Below are positions 30,224-39,751 of a stretch of 47,135 bases of DNA, piece after piece. The DNA is from Campylobacterales bacterium. Lineage in GTDB: Bacteria > Campylobacterota > Campylobacteria > Campylobacterales > QNZT01. The notes beneath the pieces are model-generated. The model made no database searches. It worked only from the letters and a program-made list of their open reading frames with translations, and was not told the DNA's origin. A program made the translations under genes and the position numbers. Location: positions 1 through 47,135 of the forward strand of contig JALWLO010000076.1 in NCBI GenBank assembly GCA_027084135.1, in the 5' to 3' direction. Every line of letters starts with the position of its first letter. Positions within the stretch are counted from its first letter, which is position 1.

Positions 30224-30607
30224 ATGAAAAAGTTAATTGTTTTGTTGATGACGCTTCTCTTTGCGGTAGCGGGGAGTGCGGATATGTTGGAAACGAATGC
30301 GAAAGTGGACGGTTATGAGGTGAAGCTTTTTACCAAAAAGCCACTTGTTGTCGGTGAAAATGCCTTTTTTGTCAAGATCACAAAAGACTCAAATGCCGTA
30401 ACGGATGCAAAAGTGAAGGCGAAGTTTTTTATGCCGGAGATGCCAGGTATGCCATATATGGAGACAAAGTCAAAAGGCAAACTCCAAAAGGACGGGACTT
30501 ACAAACTAAACAACAACTTCTCGATGGGCGGAACTTGGCAGTACCGTCTAAAATTTAAGACAAAAGATGGGCAGGTACATAAGATAAAATCAAGCATCAA
30601 TCTATGA
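30224..30607 (+). CDS. Periplasmic Met-rich metal-binding protein (CusF/FixH-like copper chaperone candidate).
   Basis: Has a signal peptide and an MPEMPGMPYM Met-rich motif. It is the first gene of the RND efflux operon and overlaps the next gene. Confidence 0.5.
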   Translation: MKKLIVLLMTLLFAVAGSADMLETNAKVDGYEVKLFTKKPLVVGENAFFVKITKDSNAVTDAKVKAKFFMPEMPGMPYMETKSKGKLQKDGTYKLNNNFSMGGTWQYRLKFKTKDGQVHKIKSSINL

Positions 30608-31794
30608 AAAAAGTAGCTCTTTTACTATCTTTAGTACTAAGTGTGAGTGCGATGGATTTGGATACGATCCTCGCACTTGTCGAAGAAAATAGCCCGAGAC
30701 TTCAAAACTATGAGCTCAAGATAGAGCAGCTAAGGGCAAAATCCAAAATAAGGTCTATCTTAAAAGATCCAACTCTTAGCTTCGGGATAAATGACATCAA
30801 CACAAAGCGACCCTTTAAGAGAGACCTTGAAGCGATGCAGAGCCACTCCATCTCTATCTCACAAATCTTTCCTATAACGAATCGTTTAGAACTTGATAGT
30901 AAGTTAGTACTAAAGGGTGTAGATATAGCAAGATACCAAAAAGAGGAGCTAAAAAACATACTCTTGGCAAATGCCCTAAACTACTCCTATAAAGCGATAC
31001 TCTTTAAGAAAAAGATAGCTCTACTAAAGAGATATATAAAGCTTCTAAAAAAAGAGAAGCGGTTAGTTGAGAGCTATTATGAAGTCTCAAAAGTTGGGGT
31101 TGAGAAGATTTTTGAGGTAGAGAGCAAGATAGAGCAAAAGAGGGTGGAGCTATCAAATCTAAACTACCTCAAAGAGCAGGTAATCTTAGAGCTAGAGAAG
31201 CTGACATTTGCCCATATCGACTCGGTAAACGGCAGGCTAAAGAGGGTAGTACCGACTCTTGATATCAAGAGTATTGTATCTTCTCATCCGCTTATCTTAG
31301 TACTAAATGAGAAGTTAAAGAAAAATGAGCTCTCCATAAAAGTCCAACAGGCAGATATGAAACCCGATATAAAGGTGGCTGTTGGCTACTTTCAAAGAGA
31401 TGATTTTGATGATTATACTTCACTAAACTTTTCGATGCTGATAAAGAGGACAAAGAGGCAAAAACTCTCTATCAAGATGCTAAGGCTTGAAAGCACGGCT
31501 ATCAAAAATGAGATCAAAGAGCAAAAAGAGGCTATCGTCCAGGATATAAAAGCACTTCTGAGACTCTTAGAGAGTAGCGATAGTCAGATAAGAAGGATAG
31601 AGCATAAACTACTGCCGTTAAATAAAAAGCAGATTTTAGCTCTAAAGGCTCAGTTAAAAAGTTCAGACAAAAACTCTCTAAAGCTCTACACACTTTTAGA
31701 AAGAGGCTATGAGTTAAAGTTACTAAGCATTGATAAGATGATGCGATTTTTTGAAGGCTACTCAAAATTATCCTACTATCGAGGTGAGAGATGA
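30604..31794 (+). CDS. cusC: Outer-membrane efflux factor (TolC/CusC family).
   Basis: A 396-aa ORF with a signal peptide and two coiled-coil/OEP repeats. It is translationally coupled to the adaptor gene. Confidence 0.65.
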   Translation: MKKVALLLSLVLSVSAMDLDTILALVEENSPRLQNYELKIEQLRAKSKIRSILKDPTLSFGINDINTKRPFKRDLEAMQSHSISISQIFPITNRLELDSKLVLKGVDIARYQKEELKNILLANALNYSYKAILFKKKIALLKRYIKLLKKEKRLVESYYEVSKVGVEKIFEVESKIEQKRVELSNLNYLKEQVILELEKLTFAHIDSVNGRLKRVVPTLDIKSIVSSHPLILVLNEKLKKNELSIKVQQADMKPDIKVAVGYFQRDDFDDYTSLNFSMLIKRTKRQKLSIKMLRLESTAIKNEIKEQKEAIVQDIKALLRLLESSDSQIRRIEHKLLPLNKKQILALKAQLKSSDKNSLKLYTLLERGYELKLLSIDKMMRFFEGYSKLSYYRGER

Positions 31795-32747
31795 GGTATT
31801 TTATATTGATATTAACGGCAGTGGTACTAAACGCTAAGATCATAGACGCAAAACAGCTCTTTAATAAAAAGGTGATAGAGGTACAGGAGCAAAACATCTC
31901 CATCACAAAAAGCTACTATGCCAAGATAACTCCAGATAGCACCAAAGTAAAAACCCTCTCTCTACTCTTTAGCGGATATGTCGAAAAGCTCTACGCCGAT
32001 AAGCCCTTTATGGAGATAAAAAAGGGAGACAAGCTCTTTGATATCTACTCAGATGAGGTCTATAAACTCCTTCAAGAGCAGAGGATATCACCCGTTTCAA
32101 AACGGCTGATCGCCAAAAGATTTGAGGCTTTGCATATCGACCAAAGTGAGCTACAAAAAAGCAGAGCCGTGACCGTTTATTCGCCGTATAGCGGTGTCGT
32201 TACCAAGAAACGGATATTTGAGGGGGATTATGTACAAAAGGGCAAGATGCTCTATGAGATAGTAGATCTAAGCCAAGTTTGGGCGATAGCAAAGGTTTAT
32301 CAGAGCGATTTAACATTTATAAAAGAGGGGATGGAAGCAAGGATAGAGGTGGATGGAGTCGGTAGTTTTAAAACCAAAGTTAAGCAGATATATCCGCAAG
32401 TCGATAACCGAAAAAAGACGATAGATATCAAGTTAGTACTAAACAATCCCAACTTAAAACTATATCCAAATATGTTTGCCAAAGCCTACATCAAAACCAA
32501 AACCAAAAGAGCTTTAGTACTACCCAAAACTGCGGTACTAACCAAAGGCAAAAAGCATTTTGTCTTTTTGGATAGGGGTGAGAATTATGAGCCAAAAGAG
32601 GTGGAGGCTGTGAGGATAGATGCGAGGCGTTATGAGATAAAAAGCGGACTGAAAAAGGGTGAGAGGGTAATTGATAAGGTGATGTTTATGCTTGATAGTG
32701 ATGCTATCACCAACTCTTTGTACGATAGTGATGATGAGGATTGGTGA
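31791..32747 (+). CDS. cusB: RND efflux membrane-fusion (periplasmic adaptor) protein, CusB/CzcB-like.
   Basis: HlyD-like barrel-sandwich motifs (VTVYSPYSGVV...). The C-terminus is the acidic tail DSDDEDW. Confidence 0.75.
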   Translation: MRYFILILTAVVLNAKIIDAKQLFNKKVIEVQEQNISITKSYYAKITPDSTKVKTLSLLFSGYVEKLYADKPFMEIKKGDKLFDIYSDEVYKLLQEQRISPVSKRLIAKRFEALHIDQSELQKSRAVTVYSPYSGVVTKKRIFEGDYVQKGKMLYEIVDLSQVWAIAKVYQSDLTFIKEGMEARIEVDGVGSFKTKVKQIYPQVDNRKKTIDIKLVLNNPNLKLYPNMFAKAYIKTKTKRALVLPKTAVLTKGKKHFVFLDRGENYEPKEVEAVRIDARRYEIKSGLKKGERVIDKVMFMLDSDAITNSLYDSDDEDW

Positions 32748-35700
32748 TGGTAGAGAGGATTATCGATCTTAGTATCAAGCACCGCTTTTTAGTACTAATT
32801 ACCCTTTTTATAACACTTATCGCTTCGATCTATGCTATCAAAAAAACCTCTCTTGACGCACTGCCCGATCTCTCACCGGCACAAGTGATCATACAGATCA
32901 AGTGGGAAGGGCAATCCCCGAAACTCATAGAGGATCAGATCAGCTATCCTCTGGTCTCAAATCTTCTCTCACTGCCGGATATCTCAACCGTTAGAGCGAT
33001 GAGTAGCTTTGAAAACGGGCTTATATATGTGATATTTAAAGACGGTACCGACCTCTACAAAGCAAGAGACAGGATACTTGAAAAGCTCTCGGAACTTGCG
33101 CCGACTTTTCCAAAGAGTGCCAAAGTGACGATGGGACCCGATGCTACCGGTGTGGGATGGGCGTATGAGTATGCTTTGAAGTCTGATACAAAAAGTTTGG
33201 ATGAGCTAAGAGACCTACAAGAGTACTACTACAAATATGCCCTGCTTGGAGTGGACGGTGTGAGTGAAGTGGCGACTATCGGGGGATTTTCCAAACAGTT
33301 TGAGATAACTTTGGATCAAGATAAGATGGCACAGTACGGCGTGTCGTTGGGTCAGGTCAAAAAGGCGATCCAGAGGTCAAACAACGATAGCGGAGGACGG
33401 ATGATACTCGAAAACGGCTTTGAGCATATCATCACCGCAAAGGGATATCAAAAAGCTCTTAGTGATGTGGAAAATATCACGATAAAGAGTGACGGATACA
33501 ATATCATCAAACTCAGTGATATTGCAGATCTTACCTATTCACCAAAGAGTAGAAGAGGCGTGGCTGACCTAGACGGTGAGGGAGAGGTGGTCGGCGGTAT
33601 CGTCGTGGTTCGTTTCGGTGAAAATCCCTACAAAGTGATCAAAGCGGTCAAAGAGAAGCTCAAAAGCCTTAAAGTGGATGGGGTAGAGGTGGCTGAAACA
33701 TATGATAGAAGCTCTTTGATCGACAAGGCGATAGATACGCTAAAACATACCCTTTTGGAGGAGTCGATCATCGTCTTAGTTGTTACGGCTCTCTTTCTCT
33801 TTCACATAAGAAGCTCTCTTATCATGCTTATCACCCTGCCGATAACGGTGATGATAACATTTTTGTTGATGTATATTTTTGGTATCGGCTCAAACATCAT
33901 GAGTCTCGGCGGTATCGCTATCGCTATCGGTGCGATGGTGGATGCGACGATCGTGATGGTGGAGAATGCGCACAAATATCTAAACAGATTGCAACGAGAG
34001 GGTAGAGAGATAAGCGATAAGATGCGTTTTGAGGCGATCATTAAGAGTGCCAAACTTGTCGGCAGACCGATATTTTTCGCTTTGGTACTGGTGGTGGTCT
34101 CATTTTTACCGATCTTTGCACTTGCAGGACAGGAGGGTAAGCTCTTTACTCCACTTGCATTTACAAAGACATTTGCGATGGTAACGGGAGCACTGCTCTC
34201 TATCACCTTAGTACCGATATTGATGATCTACTTTATCAAAGGCAATATTCCCCAAGAGGAGAAAAACCCGATAAACCGCCTCTTTCAAGCTATCTACACA
34301 CCTATTTTAATGCTATCACTAAAGTTTAGATACCTTATTTTTATCGGAGTAATTGGCTTTGTACTTTTTGGCTACTACCTCTACCAAAAGCAAAATTGGG
34401 AATTTATGCCGATGATGAATGAGCAGACCTTTATGTATATGCCGGTAACACCCTATGGGATAGGGGCTGATTTCTCAAAAGAGCTTTTGCAAAAGAGCGA
34501 TAGGGTGCTTAAGAGCTTTCCGGAGGTTAAGAGCGTGTTTGGTAAGGCGGGAAGGGCAGATACCGCTACCGATCCCGCACCTTTGGCGATGATAGAGACT
34601 ATCGTTACATTTAAGCCAAAGAGCAAGTGGCGAAAGGGGATGGACTATAAAAAGCTGATGGATGAGATGGATAAAAAACTCCAAATCCCCGGACTCATCA
34701 ACTCTTGGACCTATCCCATACGAGGCAGGATAGATATGCTACTTACCGGTATCAGAACACCTCTGGGTATCAAGCTTTACGGAAGCGATCACGATCTCTT
34801 GGCGGATAAGGCTTTGGAGATAGAGAAAAAGCTCCAAGAGCTAAATGCTACCCTATCAGTTTCATCGGATAAGATAAATAGCGGTTACTACCTAAATATC
34901 GATATCGATGAGGAGAAACTAGCAAAGTATGGCATAACAAAGCAAAAGATACTAGATACTATCTCATACGGAGTTGCCGGAGCGAGGGTTTCGACCCTCT
35001 ACAAAGATATCAAGCGATACCCAGTCATCTTACGATACGACTCAACACAAAGAGGGGATATAACCGCTTTAAAAGAGTTGAGGGTTGATACACCGTTTGG
35101 ATTTTTCCCGCTAAGAGAGTTTGCGGATATTTCGTACGATGAGGGGGCGAGTGTGATAAAGAGTGAAAAGGGACTTGGAGTAAACTTCATCTACATCACA
35201 CCCAAAAACGGCGTAACCCCATCAGAGTATAAGAAAAGGGCGGAGGAGAAGCTAAAAGAGATCAAGCTTCCGGAGGGCTACTACTATGAGTGGGCGGGGC
35301 AGAGTGAGTACTTAGAGAGTGCGATGGAGAGATTGAAGGTGATTATCCCGTTAGTACTAATCGTGCTATTTGTTTTGATCTATTTGGCGTTTCATAACCT
35401 CTTTTACGCCACCATCATCTTTTTGACGCTTCCTATCGCACTTGTCGGTGGGATATACTTCATCGAGTATCTGCATATCAACCTAAGTGTAGCAGTAGTT
35501 GTGGGGTTTATCGCACTTCTTGGTGTGGCGGCGGAGACCTCTATCGTGATGCTTTTGTACCTTGATGAGGCGTACAAGGAGAGAAAAAAAGAGGAGAGTT
35601 TAACAGATATCGTCAAAAGGGGAGCGGTACTTAGGCTCAGACCGAAACTCATGACGGTATTTGCGATACTTGGAGGGTTAGTACCGATACTTTTTATAAG

Positions 35701-35827
35701 CGGTGTCGGAAATGAGGTGATGAGAGCGATAGCCGTACCGATGATAGGCGGTATGGTAAGCTCGGCGTTATTGACACTTATCGTGATACCGGCACTCTTT
35801 TACCACTTTAAGAGAAACAGGGTTTAG
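32741..35827 (+). CDS. cusA: Heavy-metal efflux RND permease (CusA/CzcA, HME family).
   Basis: A 1028-aa ORF with 12 TM segments. It carries the AIGAMVDATIVMVENA HME signature and two large periplasmic loops. Confidence 0.9.
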   Translation: MVMVERIIDLSIKHRFLVLITLFITLIASIYAIKKTSLDALPDLSPAQVIIQIKWEGQSPKLIEDQISYPLVSNLLSLPDISTVRAMSSFENGLIYVIFKDGTDLYKARDRILEKLSELAPTFPKSAKVTMGPDATGVGWAYEYALKSDTKSLDELRDLQEYYYKYALLGVDGVSEVATIGGFSKQFEITLDQDKMAQYGVSLGQVKKAIQRSNNDSGGRMILENGFEHIITAKGYQKALSDVENITIKSDGYNIIKLSDIADLTYSPKSRRGVADLDGEGEVVGGIVVVRFGENPYKVIKAVKEKLKSLKVDGVEVAETYDRSSLIDKAIDTLKHTLLEESIIVLVVTALFLFHIRSSLIMLITLPITVMITFLLMYIFGIGSNIMSLGGIAIAIGAMVDATIVMVENAHKYLNRLQREGREISDKMRFEAIIKSAKLVGRPIFFALVLVVVSFLPIFALAGQEGKLFTPLAFTKTFAMVTGALLSITLVPILMIYFIKGNIPQEEKNPINRLFQAIYTPILMLSLKFRYLIFIGVIGFVLFGYYLYQKQNWEFMPMMNEQTFMYMPVTPYGIGADFSKELLQKSDRVLKSFPEVKSVFGKAGRADTATDPAPLAMIETIVTFKPKSKWRKGMDYKKLMDEMDKKLQIPGLINSWTYPIRGRIDMLLTGIRTPLGIKLYGSDHDLLADKALEIEKKLQELNATLSVSSDKINSGYYLNIDIDEEKLAKYGITKQKILDTISYGVAGARVSTLYKDIKRYPVILRYDSTQRGDITALKELRVDTPFGFFPLREFADISYDEGASVIKSEKGLGVNFIYITPKNGVTPSEYKKRAEEKLKEIKLPEGYYYEWAGQSEYLESAMERLKVIIPLVLIVLFVLIYLAFHNLFYATIIFLTLPIALVGGIYFIEYLHINLSVAVVVGFIALLGVAAETSIVMLLYLDEAYKERKKEESLTDIVKRGAVLRLRPKLMTVFAILGGLVPILFISGVGNEVMRAIAVPMIGGMVSSALLTLIVIPALFYHFKRNRV

Positions 35828-35883
35828 AAGCTGTTAATAAGATTTTATTATAATTTGATAGAAAGAAGATTGGAGGAGGGACG

Positions 35884-36360
35884 ATGGACTATATGTTTAA
35901 AAATGGATTTTTGCCAACTGATGCACCGCTCTTTATGGATGAGGTGACGGTAGTGGTGGCGGTACTGCCGCTTCTTGTGGCATTTGCCATATCACAAGCC
36001 AAAAAGGGAAAGATGGAGCTTCATAAAAAGCTACAACTCTTGATATTTGTTGCCGGACTTTTGATGGTTGGGTATTTTGAGTATGGAGTTAGAGTGATGG
36101 GAAATTTCGCAGAGGTGTTAAAGCAGAGCCACCTAAACCAAAAGTTTCTCTATATCTTTTTAGCGTTTCATATATTGGTAGCGACGATAACGACCATCAT
36201 GTGGAGTTTCACCGTTTTTCACGGGCTGATAAAGCATAAAAAGTTACCTACAAGTGAGTTTAGGTACACGCATATAAGATATGCAAAGCCTACATTTTTA
36301 GGGATAACACTTACTTCTGTAACGGGGGTGCTGTTGTATCTCTTTATCTATATTTTCTAA
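35884..36360 (+). CDS. DUF420-like integral membrane protein.
   Basis: A 158-aa ORF with 4 predicted TM helices. It lies inside the cus locus. Confidence 0.45.
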   Translation: MDYMFKNGFLPTDAPLFMDEVTVVVAVLPLLVAFAISQAKKGKMELHKKLQLLIFVAGLLMVGYFEYGVRVMGNFAEVLKQSHLNQKFLYIFLAFHILVATITTIMWSFTVFHGLIKHKKLPTSEFRYTHIRYAKPTFLGITLTSVTGVLLYLFIYIF

Positions 36361-36371
36361 GAGGGGGAGTT

Positions 36372-36659
36372 ATGTACGAATATAAGGTCTTAAATGTCAA
36401 ATGCGAAGGGTGTGCCAGAACACTTAAAGAGAAGCTTTACAATGAGTTTGGAGAAGTTGAGGTGGATCTTAGTGTGATGCCAAGAGTCATCACTTTGAAA
36501 AAAGAGCCGGATACCGAGAAACTAAGAGTCAGACTCAAAGAGCTTGGTTATCCTATGGTGGATGAGGAGATGGGATTTGTCGAAGATGTGGGAGCAAAAG
36601 CAAAAAGCTTTGTATCGTGTGCCATAGGAAAGGGCAAAAACTTTGTCGAAAAAGAGTAG
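36372..36659 (+). CDS. Heavy-metal-associated (HMA) domain metallochaperone, CopZ-like.
   Basis: An N-terminal VLNVKCEGCA CxxC metal-binding motif in a ferredoxin-like fold. It is 95 aa. Confidence 0.7.
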   Translation: MYEYKVLNVKCEGCARTLKEKLYNEFGEVEVDLSVMPRVITLKKEPDTEKLRVRLKELGYPMVDEEMGFVEDVGAKAKSFVSCAIGKGKNFVEKE

Positions 36660-36661
36660 AT

Positions 36662-37318
36662 ATGAAAATACTTTTGCTAGAAGATGATGCCATACTCGCA
36701 GAACTTATCAGCGAATACCTCCAAAAGCTAGGACATGAAGTAGAGAGCTTTTATGACGGAGAGTCGGCACTTAAGAACATAGAGAAAAGTAGCTACGATC
36801 TGCTTTTGTTGGATCTCGGTGTGCCCTATATGGACGGCTTTGAGCTACTCTCGTATCTAAAAGAGAGCCGTATCACCACCCCATCTATCTTTATCACTTC
36901 ACTAAGCGGGGCGAAAGATTTTGAGAAGGCGTACAAGATAGGGTGCGATGACTACATCAAAAAACCGTTTGATCTCAAAGAGCTTGAAGTTCGCATCAAA
37001 AAACTAAGCAAAGAGCATAACTTGGTACTAAACGATACTGTGGTAACTGACGGACTCTTTTATGATGAAGAGAGCAAAGTGCTATATAGCGACAAAACAA
37101 GAGAACAACTACCCAAAAAAGAGGCTTTAGTACTAGAATATCTGCTAAAACATAGAGGCAGGGTAATATCTATAAAAGAGTTAGCGGCAAATATCTGGAG
37201 CTACGAAGAGACTCCCTCCAGCTCAACGGTACGAACCTATATCAAAAACCTACGGAAACTGCTGCCAGAAGGTGCCATCACAACCCTCAAAGGGATAGGA
37301 TATAAATTTGAGGAGTGA
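36662..37318 (+). CDS. OmpR-family response regulator (CusR/CopR-like).
   Basis: An MKILLLEDD receiver domain (D...D...K) plus a winged-helix C-terminus. The ATG at 36662 was preferred over the ORF-track start at 36617. Confidence 0.85.
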   Translation: MKILLLEDDAILAELISEYLQKLGHEVESFYDGESALKNIEKSSYDLLLLDLGVPYMDGFELLSYLKESRITTPSIFITSLSGAKDFEKAYKIGCDDYIKKPFDLKELEVRIKKLSKEHNLVLNDTVVTDGLFYDEESKVLYSDKTREQLPKKEALVLEYLLKHRGRVISIKELAANIWSYEETPSSSTVRTYIKNLRKLLPEGAITTLKGIGYKFEE

Positions 37319-38417
37319 GGAGAGAGGGGCACTTGTAAGGTTTGTGCTATTTTACTTTGGCTCTACATTTATTTTGCTGTCGATGATATTTGTGCTAATC
37401 TATAAATTTGAAACAAAGAGTATCGAGGAGCTAACCAAGGCAAATATGAAAAACTTTAGCTTCACACTCTCTTCAAAGATCATAAACGCCCAGATGCAAG
37501 GGCAAAATCTTGACTTTCACTCTCTTAGTACTAATATATACAAATTTGCCCTATATGGCAAAGAGGGCAAAAAAGTCTTTGGAGATGAGACAAATGAAAA
37601 GGGTTTTACGCTCGAAGATAGAAGTCCGTTGGGACATCTTGGTATCTGGAAGATAGTTGTAGAGGATGATACATTTAGTACTAAACTTAGTGGGTTAGCA
37701 AAGAGGCTGTTTCTCGGCTTTTTTCTCTCATATCTGCTCATAACAGTGGTGGGATATTACCTCATCAAACTCTTTATGCGACCGATAAGAGAAGCAAGAG
37801 AGAGGATAGATAACTTCATCAAAGATACCACCCATGAGCTAAATACACCCATCACCGCCATCATGATGTGTGCCAACAAAGAGAGTCTCAAAGATGAAAA
37901 AAATATCGATAGGCTCTACCTTAGTACTAAACGGGTGAGCGAGTTGTATAAAGACTTAACTTACCTCTTTTTGGAAGATAGAGAGCATAAAAAGATAGAG
38001 AAGTTTCGTGCAAAAGATGAGATAGAGGGGCTGATGGGATACTTTGAGCTTTTAGCAAAAAAGAGGGAGATAACCATCAAAAAGAGCTTAGATGATAGTC
38101 AAGTGAGGATGGATAGAGAGGATTTTAAACGGCTTGTCTCAAACCTACTCTCAAATGCCGTAAAGTACAACAAACAGCGAGGCGAGATAGAGATATCGTT
38201 GCAAAAGGGCACACTAAAGGTAAGAGATACGGGGATAGGGTTTGATGAGAAGGAGAGCTCACAACTCTTTAAACGCTACTACCGTGCCACCTCTCAAAGC
38301 GGAGGATTCGGCATGGGACTTAGCATCGTGCAAAAGATATGCGATGAGTATGGGTTTGAGATAAGCGTCAAGTCAAAAAGGGGCGAGGGGAGTGAGTTTG
38401 TTGTTGATTTTAGATAG
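37308..38417 (+). CDS. Sensor histidine kinase (CusS-like).
   Basis: Two TM segments, an H-box THELNTPITAI, an N-box LLSNAVKYN, and G1/G2 boxes DTGIGF and GGFGMGLSIV. Confidence 0.85.
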   Translation: MRSEERGALVRFVLFYFGSTFILLSMIFVLIYKFETKSIEELTKANMKNFSFTLSSKIINAQMQGQNLDFHSLSTNIYKFALYGKEGKKVFGDETNEKGFTLEDRSPLGHLGIWKIVVEDDTFSTKLSGLAKRLFLGFFLSYLLITVVGYYLIKLFMRPIREARERIDNFIKDTTHELNTPITAIMMCANKESLKDEKNIDRLYLSTKRVSELYKDLTYLFLEDREHKKIEKFRAKDEIEGLMGYFELLAKKREITIKKSLDDSQVRMDREDFKRLVSNLLSNAVKYNKQRGEIEISLQKGTLKVRDTGIGFDEKESSQLFKRYYRATSQSGGFGMGLSIVQKICDEYGFEISVKSKRGEGSEFVVDFR

Positions 38418-38511
38418 TTTGAACGAAATCACTATGCTCTACTATCTTCGATCCAATAGTACGGTTTTCTTCTCTGGTGTGCAACGGATAGTATAACAAT
38501 CATATCCGCAT

Positions 38512-38727
38512 CTACGGTATAGAAAACGGAGTATGGAAATCTGTGCAAAAGCGCTCTTCTGATATGATTATCAACTTTAGGATATAGTTTTGGTGATGAA
38601 ACTATCGTATCAATAACTTTTTGACATCTTTTTTGAAATTTTCACCAAGATTTGCTTGCTGTAAATTATAATACTCTTGCCCATCCTCTATCTCACGAGC
38701 CGCTAACTCTAATATCTTGAGTTTCAT
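38512..38727 (-). pseudogene. Decayed ParE/RelE-family toxin gene. It is truncated by an in-frame TAG after codon 41.
   Basis: The minus-strand ATG at 38727 overlaps the antitoxin stop (ATGA). Its translation MKLKILELAAREIEDGQEYYNLQQANLGENFKKDVKKLLIR* is homologous to residues 1-40 of the intact toxin at 41672..41965. The remainder is out of register. Confidence 0.6.
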
Positions 38728-38927
38728 TTTCCAAAAACTTGCTCATATGAGAGAGTTTTTGCTTTTCCCTCTTTATATGATTTGAGTCGTTTTTTACTCT
38801 CTTCGATCCAAATTTTATCGATCTCTTCATCCGGTTTATTCAAGCTTTGCACTAGATTTTCGATGATGATATATCTCTCTTGCGGAGTTAAATGTAAAGC
38901 CTCTTCGATAATCTCAGGTAAGCGCAT
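38724..38927 (-). CDS. Antitoxin, putative addiction-module component (TIGR02574-like).
   Basis: A 67-aa ORF (MRLPEIIEEALHLTPQERYIIIENLVQSLN...). It is a paralog of the protein at 41975..42193. Confidence 0.65.
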   Translation of the reverse strand: MRLPEIIEEALHLTPQERYIIIENLVQSLNKPDEEIDKIWIEESKKRLKSYKEGKAKTLSYEQVFGK

Positions 38928-39039
38928 GTTAATCCCTTTGATACTTTTTTCAAATTATATCAAATTATATCAATGTAGACGATTAATAACGAGTTTGTTG
39001 TTGATTTTGGGTAAAATGTGATTTTTTAAAAGGAAAAGT

Positions 39040-39642
39040 ATGAACCCACACTTTGAAATCAAAGACAAAGAAGTCATCTATGATATTTTGGACAATACCG
39101 AATACGGAACTTTAGCACTTTGTGTTGATAACAAACCTTACGCAGTGCCGGTAAACTTTGTACGCATCGACGATGCCCTATTTTTTCACGGTGCGGTGAA
39201 AAACAGAAAGATGAAAATGTTAGAACAAAATCCTACCGTCTCTTTTTCGGTTGTGGAAAACTATGCACTCATCGACTCTGACTTTTCAAGTACGGATGGG
39301 TTAGCTTGTCCGGCGACGCAGTTTTTCAAGTCGGTTAGCATCGACGGTGTAGCTTCGGTGGTAGAGGGGCGCGACGAGAAAGCAAAAGTCCTTGAGGCAT
39401 TGATGCAAAAGCTCCAACCCAAAGGCGGCTACAGACCCTTTAACGATGAGGTCTATGATGCCCCTATCAAAACCACAGCAGTTGTCAAGATAGAGATACA
39501 GCATATCAGCTGTAAGTTCAAGTTTGGTCAGCATCTAAATGCGGAGCGATTTGAGATGATTATCAATCATTTGCAAGAACGAGGTACTAAAAGAGACTTG
39601 GAGACGATCAAGCTTATGAGAGAGCAAAGAGCAGTTTTATGA
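39040..39642 (+). CDS. Pyridoxamine-5'-phosphate-oxidase-like FMN-binding split-barrel protein.
   Basis: Shows the GTLALCVDNKPYAVPVNFVRIDDALFFHGA pattern of the PNPOx/NimA fold. It is 200 aa. Confidence 0.65.
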   Translation: MNPHFEIKDKEVIYDILDNTEYGTLALCVDNKPYAVPVNFVRIDDALFFHGAVKNRKMKMLEQNPTVSFSVVENYALIDSDFSSTDGLACPATQFFKSVSIDGVASVVEGRDEKAKVLEALMQKLQPKGGYRPFNDEVYDAPIKTTAVVKIEIQHISCKFKFGQHLNAERFEMIINHLQERGTKRDLETIKLMREQRAVL

Positions 39643-39751
39643 AAATCCAAAAGATGCTCTTTAAATTTTTGTATCCTTTCACAAAAATTAGAATTTTTTC
39701 AAAAATTAAGCTATAATCCCCCAAATTTTATAAGTTAGGAAGTTTACAAAA

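Noticed and set aside
36617-36661. Upstream start at 36617 for the response regulator.
   Set aside because: It would add 15 residues (MCHRKGQKLCRKRVD) overlapping the HMA gene's 3' end. The receiver domain begins at the MKILLLEDD ATG at 36662, which has proper spacing.
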